A stretch of DNA of 64,000 bases from an uncultured Dehalococcoidia bacterium (GTDB lineage Bacteria > Chloroflexota > Dehalococcoidia > Lucifugimonadales > UBA3495): positions 13,212 through 77,211 of the forward strand of contig CAZVRK010000008.1 of the NCBI GenBank assembly GCA_964629875.1. The letters run 5' to 3'. The notes below the pieces were generated by a model that worked only from the letters and a program-made list of their open reading frames with translations, was not told the DNA's origin and ran no database searches. Shown piece by piece: positions 9,631 to 18,925 of this stretch. The position numbers were made by a program, and so were the translations under genes. How positions within the stretch are numbered: the stretch's first letter is position 1; the number at the start of each line of letters is the position of its first letter.

Positions 9631-10881
9631 TTATAGTTCTTTCTTACTCAAAGTTTCTCTCACGAACACCATTACGCCTACCGCGGCGCAAATTAACAAA
9701 GCGGCATCTACAATCAACGACGCAGCAAATCCAGAAAGATCAGCGATACCCCCAAGCAACAGAGCTCCAATAGCAGATCCAACACCGCCAAATGTTCTAT
9801 AGAGCCCCATGGTTACACCTTCAAGACCAGGTGGAGCTATATCGGCAAAAAACGCCAAACTCGGAGGCCCAGCTAATCCTTCACCCAATCCTAGCAAAAT
9901 GCCAGATAATATTAATTTGGGCACATTATCTGTGAATATAAAAAGAATGAGACCTATGACGATCAATGTAACAGCAGGGATTATTGTCGATTTCCTGCCG
10001 AATTTGTCAGACAAAAAACCTGCGAGCATGGTCGTGAAGAATTGCGGGATATGCGTAACACTGATAAACGATCCTAGCTGAGAGGCGGTAAATCCTTTGT
10101 TCTCTCCGTATAATGGCAGTACACTAAACCTTCCTCCTTGTCTATTAGCCACAATCATTAGAGTGAACATCCCTACAAATATGAATGCGGGACTTATGAG
10201 CAATGTCAGCAATCCATGTTTCTCTACTATGTCACCGTCGTTATCATGTGATTCATTTCCCGTCTGATTCCTGACCATTTCGGAAGTTGAGGAGTTGTCT
10301 GATCTACTCTCCGGCACAAGAAATTGCAGTACTAGAAACGACATAGCGACAAATACCGCAGAGATATGTAAAGGAATCCTATATCCCCATCTGTCTCCCA
10401 GATAACCCCCTAATAAAGGCCCGAGACTTTGACCCGCCAATATACTCATTTCGAGAAGACTGAGGAACCTCGCTCTATTATCTGCACTTGCAACATCCCT
10501 TAAGTAAACAGATGATCCTGTCAGATAAACACTCCATCCAAGTCCTGATATGAATCTCCAGCACACCAACCACGTATACGAAAAGGAGAAAGCCACCATC
10601 ACCGCGCCGAACACACTAACGATAGAGCCAATTTGAAGCACTACCCTTCGACCGTATCGCTGAGTTAAGTATCCTGCTGGTAAACTAGTGAAAATCCTGC
10701 TGATACCAAATAACCCAACAGCTATACCCACCTGAGTGCGATTGACGTGAAATTCTGATTCAGTAAACAGCGGTAAAATGGGCGCTAAAGCACCCATCCC
10801 AACACTAGTCAAAAAGATAGTGGTGCACAAGTAAAATACACCAGGACGAGTATGAATACTCTTAAAAACAGCTTTTAACAT
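9631..10881 (-). CDS. MFS transporter
   Basis: 416 aa, 12 predicted hydrophobic spans, loop motif GYLTQRYGRR (the G-x-L-x-D-R-x-G-R-R type). Confidence 0.85.
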   Translation of the reverse strand: MLKAVFKSIHTRPGVFYLCTTIFLTSVGMGALAPILPLFTESEFHVNRTQVGIAVGLFGISRIFTSLPAGYLTQRYGRRVVLQIGSIVSVFGAVMVAFSFSYTWLVCWRFISGLGWSVYLTGSSVYLRDVASADNRARFLSLLEMSILAGQSLGPLLGGYLGDRWGYRIPLHISAVFVAMSFLVLQFLVPESRSDNSSTSEMVRNQTGNESHDNDGDIVEKHGLLTLLISPAFIFVGMFTLMIVANRQGGRFSVLPLYGENKGFTASQLGSFISVTHIPQFFTTMLAGFLSDKFGRKSTIIPAVTLIVIGLILFIFTDNVPKLILSGILLGLGEGLAGPPSLAFFADIAPPGLEGVTMGLYRTFGGVGSAIGALLLGGIADLSGFAASLIVDAALLICAAVGVMVFVRETLSKKEL

Positions 10882-10982
10882 ACGGTTTTAGATTATCGGG
10901 AGACTCACAGTGGAATACTGCAATGCTCCTACAAATCTAGTATTCCGTCGAGATATTTCCGAAAACATGTATATCTATTGGA

Positions 10983-11909
10983 TTAGCGACCTCTAGGACT
11001 TAAATTCCATTCAGAAACTTCAGGATGGAATCCCTCCAATTCATCAACTAATGCATCAATGAAATTGCGCACCGCACGGCCAATGAACTTGCCTTTTAAA
11101 GTGCAAATACCTATATCAGCAGCAGGAAAGATATGATCCATTCTCACCACACCTAGTTTGTCATGGTCATCCGGATGAAGTGTGAAGTCACTTCCAATCG
11201 CAATCCCCATTCCTATCTCTACATATTGTTTAATCAGCTCAGTGTTATCCATCTCTAATACGACTTCATAGTTGACTGATTGTTCTTTCAACGCGGATTC
11301 AACTCTCTTCCTAGTAAGGCTTTCTGGACCTGCAAGGATTAGGGGCCAAGGAGCAGCATCCTCCAAAAGTATCGAAGGCTTCGATAATAACTCATGGCCG
11401 GGTGGCGTCATCATAACAATGTTATATTCAAACAATTTACGGAATTCCAGAGTAGTATCTTCCTGACTCGGGGCTGTACAAATTGCCAAATCAACTTCCC
11501 CTGACTTCACTAGCTGTATCAGAGAAGCATAACTACGTGCAACTAATTTTAGTCTCACATCAGGATAATCTTTCCAGAAAGTACGAATTGGATTTGGCAG
11601 GTGATGCATGATCAAATCTGGATAAGCGCCAACTACAAACGACCCACGTCGTTCAGAGTAATCCATATGGGTTTTCAATGAATCAACGGAACTAACGATT
11701 GGTGTAATCAATTCTAAAAAAGTCCGTCCATCCGAAGTAAGTTGTATAGGCCTCTTGATGCGATCAAAGAGGATGATCCCAAATTCGTCTTCCAACTTTT
11801 TTAAATGGGTAGTAACTGTTGGTTGACCCAACTCTAGCCGGCCAGCTGCCTTAGAAACACTCCTAAGTCTAGCGACGTGATAAAAACTAGTTAATTCGCG
11901 CAACTCCAT
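10983..11909 (-). CDS. LysR-family transcriptional regulator
   Basis: N-terminal wHTH MELRELTSFYHVARLRSVSKAAGRLELGQPTVTTHLKKLEDEFG..LFDR plus a C-terminal substrate-binding domain. Divergent from the ferredoxin gene. Confidence 0.9.
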   Translation of the reverse strand: MELRELTSFYHVARLRSVSKAAGRLELGQPTVTTHLKKLEDEFGIILFDRIKRPIQLTSDGRTFLELITPIVSSVDSLKTHMDYSERRGSFVVGAYPDLIMHHLPNPIRTFWKDYPDVRLKLVARSYASLIQLVKSGEVDLAICTAPSQEDTTLEFRKLFEYNIVMMTPPGHELLSKPSILLEDAAPWPLILAGPESLTRKRVESALKEQSVNYEVVLEMDNTELIKQYVEIGMGIAIGSDFTLHPDDHDKLGVVRMDHIFPAADIGICTLKGKFIGRAVRNFIDALVDELEGFHPEVSEWNLSPRGR

Positions 11910-11952
11910 CCAATCACAACCTCTGAGAAAACAGTATATGCACCATACCTTA

Positions 11953-11966
11953 GTATTTCGAAATAC
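11953..11966. promoter_or_regulatory. perfect 14-bp palindrome GTATTTCGAAATAC; candidate LysR-type operator
   Basis: Read directly. It lies 44 nt upstream of the LysR start and 21 nt upstream of the -35 box of the divergent ferredoxin promoter. An AT-rich dyad of this type is compatible with a T-N11-A LTTR box. Confidence 0.4.
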
Positions 11967-11986
11967 AATATATCATATAATATTAC

Positions 11987-12015
11987 TTGACAAAATAAAT
12001 CAGGAAATCGAGAAT
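11987..12015 (+). promoter_or_regulatory. putative sigma-70-type promoter for the ferredoxin gene
   Basis: TTGACA (11987-11992), 17-nt spacer, GAGAAT (12010-12015). Confidence 0.4.
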
Positions 12016-12047
12016 ATACGTAGCAACAATAATCAGGGGAGGTACAA

Positions 12048-12287
12048 ATGGCCTTCGTGATCACCGAACCGTGCGTAGGTGTAAAAGACGCCACATGTTT
12101 GACCGTATGCCCCGTAGACTGTATACACACAAGCGACGAAGCCGATCAATATTATATTAGCCCTGATGACTGCATCGACTGCGCATACTGCGTAGAGGCC
12201 TGCCCAGTCCAAGCAATATTCGACGAATTTACAGTACCGGCGCAGTGGCGCCAATACATCAACAAGAATCGAGAATTTTACAAATAA
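12048..12287 (+). CDS. ferredoxin (FdxA-like, [3Fe-4S][4Fe-4S] type)
   Basis: 79 aa. MAFVITEPCVGVKDATCLTVCPVDCIH...CIDCAYCVEACPVQAI shows the Cys spacing of 7Fe ferredoxins. GGGGAGG SD upstream. Confidence 0.85.
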   Translation: MAFVITEPCVGVKDATCLTVCPVDCIHTSDEADQYYISPDDCIDCAYCVEACPVQAIFDEFTVPAQWRQYINKNREFYK

Positions 12288-12406
12288 GTCACTGGTTGGT
12301 AATCTTCACGTTCTAAATTAGAGTGCGGCCTTTCATAGAGCTATAACAAAAGAACAATAACCGTTAACATACCTAACCATGTTCTTCATTATGGAAAGGG
12401 GTTTAA

Positions 12407-13936
12407 TTGGACATACTTAGGGAAACAATTCGTAGGTTAAACGTAATTGGCCACTATCGAGAGCTTGGCACAAATCGCCAACGCAAAGAAAGTATGATAG
12501 CCCTAGCGTCCACCCAGCTATTAGTCCAACTTTCCAGCATGCCCATAGCCATGACTATACCCTCAGTCGCTAGGCACTTTGAAGTAGAAGTATCACAAGC
12601 ATCCTGGATGGTAGTTATCCGATTGCTGATGTTAGGTAGCACCGTATTTTTAGCTGCCAGACTGGGAGAACGGTACGGGTACACCAGAATATACTTTATT
12701 GGCGCCATCCTTATGACCGTTGCCAGCGTCCTATCAGCAGCGTCTAACACTTTACTAACCCTGATTTTATGGAGCGGTGTAGTTGGACTCGGTGGAGCAT
12801 TGATCACCGGTAACGCTAATGCAATTCTAGCTCAGGTATTTGATGCCAACGAGAGAGGTAGAGCTTTCTCAGTAATGGTAGTATCTGCTCGACTCGGAAC
12901 TCTAATAGGTTTGGCCTTGTTCGGTATTTTCTTACAGTACTTCAGTTGGAGACTCGTATTTCTAACAAGCCTCCCAATAGGCCTACTGGCCATGAAAAAC
13001 AGTTACCCGCTTTTAAAATACCAGGCAGAACAATTCAAAGACACAGTGCGATCAATTAACATTAATTACGTAGCAGCAGCACTTATGGTGGCCACGCTTG
13101 GAGCTCTAATACTTTCAGGACTGCACATTCACGAAGGATCGGAAACCTTCACTTCAAGCGAAGCTCTAGCCTACCACGTTCCAATGCATCTATTGTTCTT
13201 TGCCCTACTTGGGCTATTCATAGTAGTACAAGGCAGAACTGGCGAACCATTTGTGCAGTTCGAGTACTTCAAACAGAAAGCTTTCTCCATGGCGCTTTAC
13301 AGCAACACTACATTCCATTTGTCTATGCTAGCGGTTACAACACTCATACCAATCGTTATCGAGAATGGGCTAGGCTATTCACCAATAGTCGTTGCTTTAG
13401 TTATAATACCAAACCAGCTCATGGGATTATTCCTACCTGCGCTAGCCGGTTGGATCTATGACAAATACAACCCTCGTTGGCTTAGACCATCCGCATTAAT
13501 GGGCATAGCTCTGGGCTTTGTACTTGTCGCATTCTTCGCCGGCGTAGTACCAGTGTGGGGAATCCCAATACTGTTGCTACCAGCGTACATAGGATCTAAC
13601 CTTTTCAACACCGCGAACAATGCTCTAGTAATGAACACTCTACCGGAGAGTACTGCCTTCGCTTCAGGAATGTTGGAAACTACCAGACAGATGGGACACA
13701 CTGTAGGTGCAACCATTAGCGCTGCAGTCGTCAGCTTAGCTATCCCTGTAACTATTGAATTTCTCAGTCCCAGTGATCTCCAAGCAGTATACAGAGAAGG
13801 GTTCAGATACGCAGCTATCGCAGTAGTGTGGATCATGGTATCAGGTAGCATAGTCGCGGCATTCCAAAAAATGCCAAACACTATGCAGAAAGGTAAAGAT
13901 TCTGACCCCAAACCCCAACCAGCAGGCGGAGACTAA
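12407..13936 (+). CDS. MFS transporter (14-span, DHA2-like)
   Basis: 509 aa with many hydrophobic spans. TTG start supported by GAAAGGGG 5 nt upstream. Confidence 0.8.
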   Translation: MDILRETIRRLNVIGHYRELGTNRQRKESMIALASTQLLVQLSSMPIAMTIPSVARHFEVEVSQASWMVVIRLLMLGSTVFLAARLGERYGYTRIYFIGAILMTVASVLSAASNTLLTLILWSGVVGLGGALITGNANAILAQVFDANERGRAFSVMVVSARLGTLIGLALFGIFLQYFSWRLVFLTSLPIGLLAMKNSYPLLKYQAEQFKDTVRSININYVAAALMVATLGALILSGLHIHEGSETFTSSEALAYHVPMHLLFFALLGLFIVVQGRTGEPFVQFEYFKQKAFSMALYSNTTFHLSMLAVTTLIPIVIENGLGYSPIVVALVIIPNQLMGLFLPALAGWIYDKYNPRWLRPSALMGIALGFVLVAFFAGVVPVWGIPILLLPAYIGSNLFNTANNALVMNTLPESTAFASGMLETTRQMGHTVGATISAAVVSLAIPVTIEFLSPSDLQAVYREGFRYAAIAVVWIMVSGSIVAAFQKMPNTMQKGKDSDPKPQPAGGD

Positions 13937-14077
13937 CCAACAAAACCGGCCTAAGTCTAATAAATCGTTCCGCCGCCAATCACCCTGACAAGCCTACACT
14001 CATTGATGCTACACGTTCGCAAAGGTAAACTGTTGGTAACATCACTGTCACAAACCATCCTTATAGGAGACTAATAC

Positions 14078-15031
14078 ATGGCCATATTCTTACGTGATTC
14101 CGAAGTGTCCGAATCGTTAACCATGAATCAAATGATTGAAAAAATCGAATCCATGCAATCGCATTATGGGGAAGGCGAAGCATCTAATCTCCCAAGACGA
14201 AAGATCATAGCGAGCGGCGGAATGCTCGCAGTTATGGGAGGGGGGTTATTTTATGAGGGCGTCCTCGGAGTCAAAACTTACACGGTTGTGAAGGGACAAT
14301 ATTCTTTTCAAGTAAGCCTTTATGATGCCGAAACAGGGAAGCTATTATGCTATACCCAGGCCAATCGCCTAGGGCAATTACGGACAGGTGCCACCACCGC
14401 CGTGGCGGCAAAATATTTGACTACTAAGTCCAACATGACAATCGGAATCATTGGAACAGGATACCAGGCAGCAACTCAACTAGAAGCTGTTTCCAAAGTA
14501 CGAGACATTGCCAACATTCTGGCTTTTAGCCGTACTGAATCTAGCCGACAGCAATTTGCTGAAAACATGAGCACTTCGCTCCAGATACCGGTCACATCAG
14601 CAAAATCAGCAGAAGAAACGGTCAAGAATTCCGACCTAGTAATCTGTATAGCCGCAACTATGGATCCCGTAATAAACGGAGATTGGATATCATCTGGCAC
14701 CACTCTTGTAGCCGCAGGCCCTACTACGTGGAGAGCGAACGAAGTAGATACCTTAACAATAAAACGAGCACACAAAATAGTAGTTGACTCTATAGAACAA
14801 GCTCCAATTGAGTCCGGAGATTTATCAAGTTCCGTCGATCAAGGAATCATTCAGTGGAGTCAATTAGTTGAATTGAGACACATTGTATCCGGCAACCAAT
14901 CAGGCCGAGATAACAACGATCAAATCATATATGCCAAATTAATGGGCACTGGAGTAGCAGACGTCGCAGCAGCCAAACTAGCATATGATACCGCCAAACA
15001 GTTAGGCATCGGGACTGAAATGGACTGGTAG
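14078..15031 (+). CDS. ornithine cyclodeaminase / mu-crystallin family protein
   Basis: 317 aa. ...LRTGATTAVAAKYL... and the Rossmann motif IGIIGTGYQA are family signatures. Confidence 0.85.
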   Translation: MAIFLRDSEVSESLTMNQMIEKIESMQSHYGEGEASNLPRRKIIASGGMLAVMGGGLFYEGVLGVKTYTVVKGQYSFQVSLYDAETGKLLCYTQANRLGQLRTGATTAVAAKYLTTKSNMTIGIIGTGYQAATQLEAVSKVRDIANILAFSRTESSRQQFAENMSTSLQIPVTSAKSAEETVKNSDLVICIAATMDPVINGDWISSGTTLVAAGPTTWRANEVDTLTIKRAHKIVVDSIEQAPIESGDLSSSVDQGIIQWSQLVELRHIVSGNQSGRDNNDQIIYAKLMGTGVADVAAAKLAYDTAKQLGIGTEMDW

Positions 15032-15032
15032 A

Positions 15033-18000
15033 TCATTTAAATGATAGATACTCTACCGTAGGCTGCACATTGTAGCTACCTTCATCATCCAGAAGACTCT
15101 CTACAGCAGCCCTAGCGGTATCCAAAGATGTGAAACAAGGAATACGTTTTTCAACGGCGGCTCTCCGAATATCGAAACCGTCTCGAAGAACGTTAGTGGA
15201 CCCAGTAACTGTGTTTACGACAGCTTTTACGCTCCCGTCTTCTATAACATCAATAACGTTGGGATGTCCTTCGTTCAATTTTTTCGTTGTCATAGTGACC
15301 GGAAAACCCATAGCCGTTATCATTGCCGCAGTCCCTTCCGTTGCATATAGGTTGCATTTAGCATCAACCAGTGATCGAATCATTGCAGTCGACTCAGACT
15401 TATCTGTATCTGCAATGCTCAACAATACTCCAGAACCTTTTGACAAACTTAAATTCGCTGCCAGCAAAGCTTTTGATAATGCTTTCGGAAAATCTACATC
15501 TACTCCCATAACTTCCCCTGTAGACTTCATCTCCGGACCTAAGAACCAATCTACTCCTACTAATTTCGCCATCGAGAACACAGGGGCTTTAATACCTACT
15601 AAATCCTGTTTTGGCCATAGCCCGCCCTTGTAACCTAAGTCTGACAACTTCTCACCGAGCATCACTCGTGTTGCTATCTTCGCTACTGGAAGGCCAGTAA
15701 CTTTTGATATGAACGGTATTGTCCGACTGCCCCTTGGGTTCACCTCAATTATGTATATCGATGATGAGTTTACAGTAGCCGATTCAACGTTAGGACTTCT
15801 ATAGGCTCCCCCGCCGCTGATGACAAATTGAATATTCATCAAGCCAATCACTCCTAGTTCCAATCCAATTCGAGTGGCATAATCAACGATGGTATTTACT
15901 TCCTCTTCTGTAAGATTCAGACCGGGATATATGGCCATTGAATCTCCACTATGTACACCAGCTCTTTCAATATGTTCCATTATCCCCGGTATGAGAACTT
16001 GTTCACCGTCACAGATTGCATCGACCTCACACTCTTTACCCTCAACATAATGGTCTACCAATACCCGTTGATCGGGCGTAACTTGTGTAGCCACCGTTAA
16101 GTATCTGATCAATTCCGTGGCATTTTGTACAATCTCCATAGCTCTACCACCGAGCACATAACTTGGCCTTACAACTATTGGATACCCTATAGTCTGAGCT
16201 ATGTTCAAAGCCTCTTCTACCGAAGCAACTGCAGCACCTGGTGGCTGAGGGATACCCAACCTAGCCATAAATTCTTCGAATTTATGTCGGTCGGACGCAA
16301 TGTCAATTGCTTGTGCACTAGAACCTAATATAGGTAAACCCACTTGATCTAGTGATTGGGATAGATTAATCGCCGTTTGACCACCAAATTGAACTACTGA
16401 AGCGGGAGGATTCCCGTCTATAGTTTCATTATCAATTATGTCTCTAACGGCTTCTTCATCAAGTGGCTCAAAATACAACCGGTTACTAGTATCAAAGTCA
16501 GTAGAAACAGTCTCAGGGTTAGAGTTAATCATTACGCTATTTAAACCAGATTCGGATAAAGCAATAGCCGCATGAACACTACAGTAATCAAATTCTATGC
16601 CTTGTCCTATTCTGATGGGGCCACTGCCAATGACTATAGCTTTATCGGCCATTAAACATGGTGCCTCATTCTCGTTATCGTAACTGCTGTAGTAATAGGG
16701 GGTAACTGCTTCGAATTCCGCTGCGCAAGTGTCAACCATCTTATACACAGGGCGAATACCCAATCCAATCCGCAATTGTCGAGCCTGTTCAGGTAACATA
16801 TCAGACAGGGTAGCTATTTGCTTGTCAGCAAAGCCTAGCTTTTTAGCTTGTAATAACAATGTGCCATCGAGCTCCTCTGATAACAGCCGTCGTTCCATGT
16901 TTACTATACGTTCAAGCGCACTTATAAACCAAGGATCAATATAGGCTTTACTCTGGATGTACTGAGAGCTGTAATCACGTCGCAAAGCGGCCATAATCGC
17001 CCATAATCGAAGGTCATTAGGATACAAAGGCAATGCATTAACATCTAATTCGCCACTTTGTTCCTGCAACCACGCAGGGTCTTCCCAGAGTAAAGTTCTA
17101 TTATCTATTTCTAAAGAACGTACTGCTTTTTGTAATGCGGCTTCAAAAGACCTATCCACAGCCATTACTTCACCAGTAGCTTTCATTTGAGTAGTAATAC
17201 GTCGGTCACCATTTGGAAATTTATCAAATGGCCACCTAGGTATCTTCACAACACAATAATCCAACGCAGGCTCAAAGGCTGCTCCTGTTGTGCTAGTAAC
17301 AGCATTCGGAATTTCATCCAATCTCTTGCCGATAGCTATCTTGGCTGAGACACGAGCGATGGGATAGCCAGTGGCCTTACTTGCAAGCGCAGAACTTCTA
17401 CTCACACGGGGATTCACCTCAATGATGTAATATGGAGAGTCAGCATTCCAATCAGAAGAAAGCATTTTTTCAACATCCGGATGTGGCCTGAGTGCCATTT
17501 GAATGTTGCATCCGCCCTCAATACCCAATCCTCGGATTATCTTAAGGCTTGCACTTCGTAACATCTGATATTCTTTATCAGTTAAAGTCTGACTAGGAGC
17601 CACTACAATGCTATCCCCTGTATGTGCTCCCATTGGATCAAGGTTTTCCATATTGCAAATAGTAATACAATTATCTGCTCCGTCCCTGATTACTTCGTAC
17701 TCAATCTCTTTCCAACCGACAAGGGATCGTTCCAACAGAATTTGAGAAATAGGACTAGACGCCAGTCCAGACTCGACAATAGATTCGAACTGATCCCAGG
17801 TTTCTGCTATTCCTCCACCTGTACCTCCAAGTGTATAAGCAGGACGTATCACTAGAGGCAGCCCTGTTTCTGTGGCAAATGCACGAGCCTCTACAGCCGT
17901 AGAAACGGTAATATTTGGCGGCTCAGGTTCACCAATATCATGCAGAAAAGTGCGAAAGAAATCTCTATCTTCAGATTTTCTTATAGTATCTAGGGGAGTG

Positions 18001-18353
18001 CCAAGTAGCTTAACCCCATATTTATCCAACACACCCTCATCAGACAGTGCTACAGCTAAGTTCAGAGCAGTCTGGCCTCCGAGAGTGGGCAGTATGCCAT
18101 CCGGACGCTCCTTATCGATTATTCTATCGATAACTTCAACCGTAAGGGGTTCAATATATACCCTATCTGCCACATCACTATCGGTCATTATTGTCGCAGG
18201 GTTAGAGTTGATCAGGATAGTTGTTATCCCCTCTTCTCGCAAGGATTTACAAGCCTGCGTGCCTGCATAATCGAATTCTGCTGCTTGTCCGATAACAATA
18301 GGGCCTGACCCTATAACCAACACTTTCTGGAGTCTATCTAACCCTTCAACCAC
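15033..18353 (-). CDS. carB: carbamoyl-phosphate synthase large subunit
   Basis: Duplicated ATP-grasp halves (VLVIGSGPIVIGQAAEFDYAG... and AIVIGSGPIRIGQGIEFDYC...) plus an MGS-like C-terminus. Start moved to GVG-context GTG 18353 (AAGGAG 9 nt upstream), which gives a canonical N-terminus; the track starts at GTG 18392. Confidence 0.95.
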   Translation of the reverse strand: MVEGLDRLQKVLVIGSGPIVIGQAAEFDYAGTQACKSLREEGITTILINSNPATIMTDSDVADRVYIEPLTVEVIDRIIDKERPDGILPTLGGQTALNLAVALSDEGVLDKYGVKLLGTPLDTIRKSEDRDFFRTFLHDIGEPEPPNITVSTAVEARAFATETGLPLVIRPAYTLGGTGGGIAETWDQFESIVESGLASSPISQILLERSLVGWKEIEYEVIRDGADNCITICNMENLDPMGAHTGDSIVVAPSQTLTDKEYQMLRSASLKIIRGLGIEGGCNIQMALRPHPDVEKMLSSDWNADSPYYIIEVNPRVSRSSALASKATGYPIARVSAKIAIGKRLDEIPNAVTSTTGAAFEPALDYCVVKIPRWPFDKFPNGDRRITTQMKATGEVMAVDRSFEAALQKAVRSLEIDNRTLLWEDPAWLQEQSGELDVNALPLYPNDLRLWAIMAALRRDYSSQYIQSKAYIDPWFISALERIVNMERRLLSEELDGTLLLQAKKLGFADKQIATLSDMLPEQARQLRIGLGIRPVYKMVDTCAAEFEAVTPYYYSSYDNENEAPCLMADKAIVIGSGPIRIGQGIEFDYCSVHAAIALSESGLNSVMINSNPETVSTDFDTSNRLYFEPLDEEAVRDIIDNETIDGNPPASVVQFGGQTAINLSQSLDQVGLPILGSSAQAIDIASDRHKFEEFMARLGIPQPPGAAVASVEEALNIAQTIGYPIVVRPSYVLGGRAMEIVQNATELIRYLTVATQVTPDQRVLVDHYVEGKECEVDAICDGEQVLIPGIMEHIERAGVHSGDSMAIYPGLNLTEEEVNTIVDYATRIGLELGVIGLMNIQFVISGGGAYRSPNVESATVNSSSIYIIEVNPRGSRTIPFISKVTGLPVAKIATRVMLGEKLSDLGYKGGLWPKQDLVGIKAPVFSMAKLVGVDWFLGPEMKSTGEVMGVDVDFPKALSKALLAANLSLSKGSGVLLSIADTDKSESTAMIRSLVDAKCNLYATEGTAAMITAMGFPVTMTTKKLNEGHPNVIDVIEDGSVKAVVNTVTGSTNVLRDGFDIRRAAVEKRIPCFTSLDTARAAVESLLDDEGSYNVQPTVEYLSFK

Positions 18354-18402
18354 TGCTACTGGCTCCTTCCGCCAAAATACTCCGAATGTCACTAACTTTT
18401 AT

Positions 18403-18822
18403 CTAAACTTGAGGAAGCCTTCCTGGTAGATCTATGAGTTCCCTATCGTAAAGCGTATTAAGCATTTGATAGATGAACGAACCGTAAAGCTTTCCATCCC
18501 AATCGAATTTATTCATTCCAGGGAACTCCTGTTGAGATCTGGGCGGCACTCTGAAATTGACTCGATATTCGTCCACTTTCTCCAGCTCAACGCATCCCAC
18601 TGGTTCATCAACAGTTTGATTATTAGTTTTATCTATCAAGGCTACTGACAAACCCCAATTACTGCCTAGTTGGGCTCTATTTATCGTACCTATCTGATAC
18701 CCATAATTATTACAACTAAATGTTGGCACCACTTGGTCCAACAAACCCAGCGCATCCGACAAACTCGTCGGAAGCTCCACCTCAACCCCCTCCTCTAACA
18801 AAACCATACTAAAAGAAGACAC
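18403..18822 (-). CDS. hypothetical protein embedded between carA and carB
   Basis: 139 aa. GTG start with GGAGG 4 nt upstream. No motif I recognise. Same strand as the pyr genes, with the stop 49 nt before the carB start. Confidence 0.6.
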   Translation of the reverse strand: MSSFSMVLLEEGVEVELPTSLSDALGLLDQVVPTFSCNNYGYQIGTINRAQLGSNWGLSVALIDKTNNQTVDEPVGCVELEKVDEYRVNFRVPPRSQQEFPGMNKFDWDGKLYGSFIYQMLNTLYDRELIDLPGRLPQV

Positions 18823-18925
18823 AAAACCTCCAAATATTGCAAAAAGAAATTAATAATACCTAGAAGAAGATTGGTGTTGGTTATCAACCTATTCTATTTA
18901 ATCTAACCATTACTGAGACTACTAA

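Noticed and set aside
10911-10945. An 8-bp inverted repeat, GGAATACT-N19-AGTATTCC, between the LysR stop and the start of the MFS gene (9631-10881).
   Set aside because: It has a short stem, a long loop and no U-tract. Its role as terminator or operator is equally unsupported, so it is not reported as a feature.
11891-12254. Minus-strand ORFs at 11891-12130 and 12033-12254 in the LysR/ferredoxin region.
   Set aside because: They overlap the divergent promoter region and are antisense to the ferredoxin gene, whose Cys-motif spacing is unambiguous.
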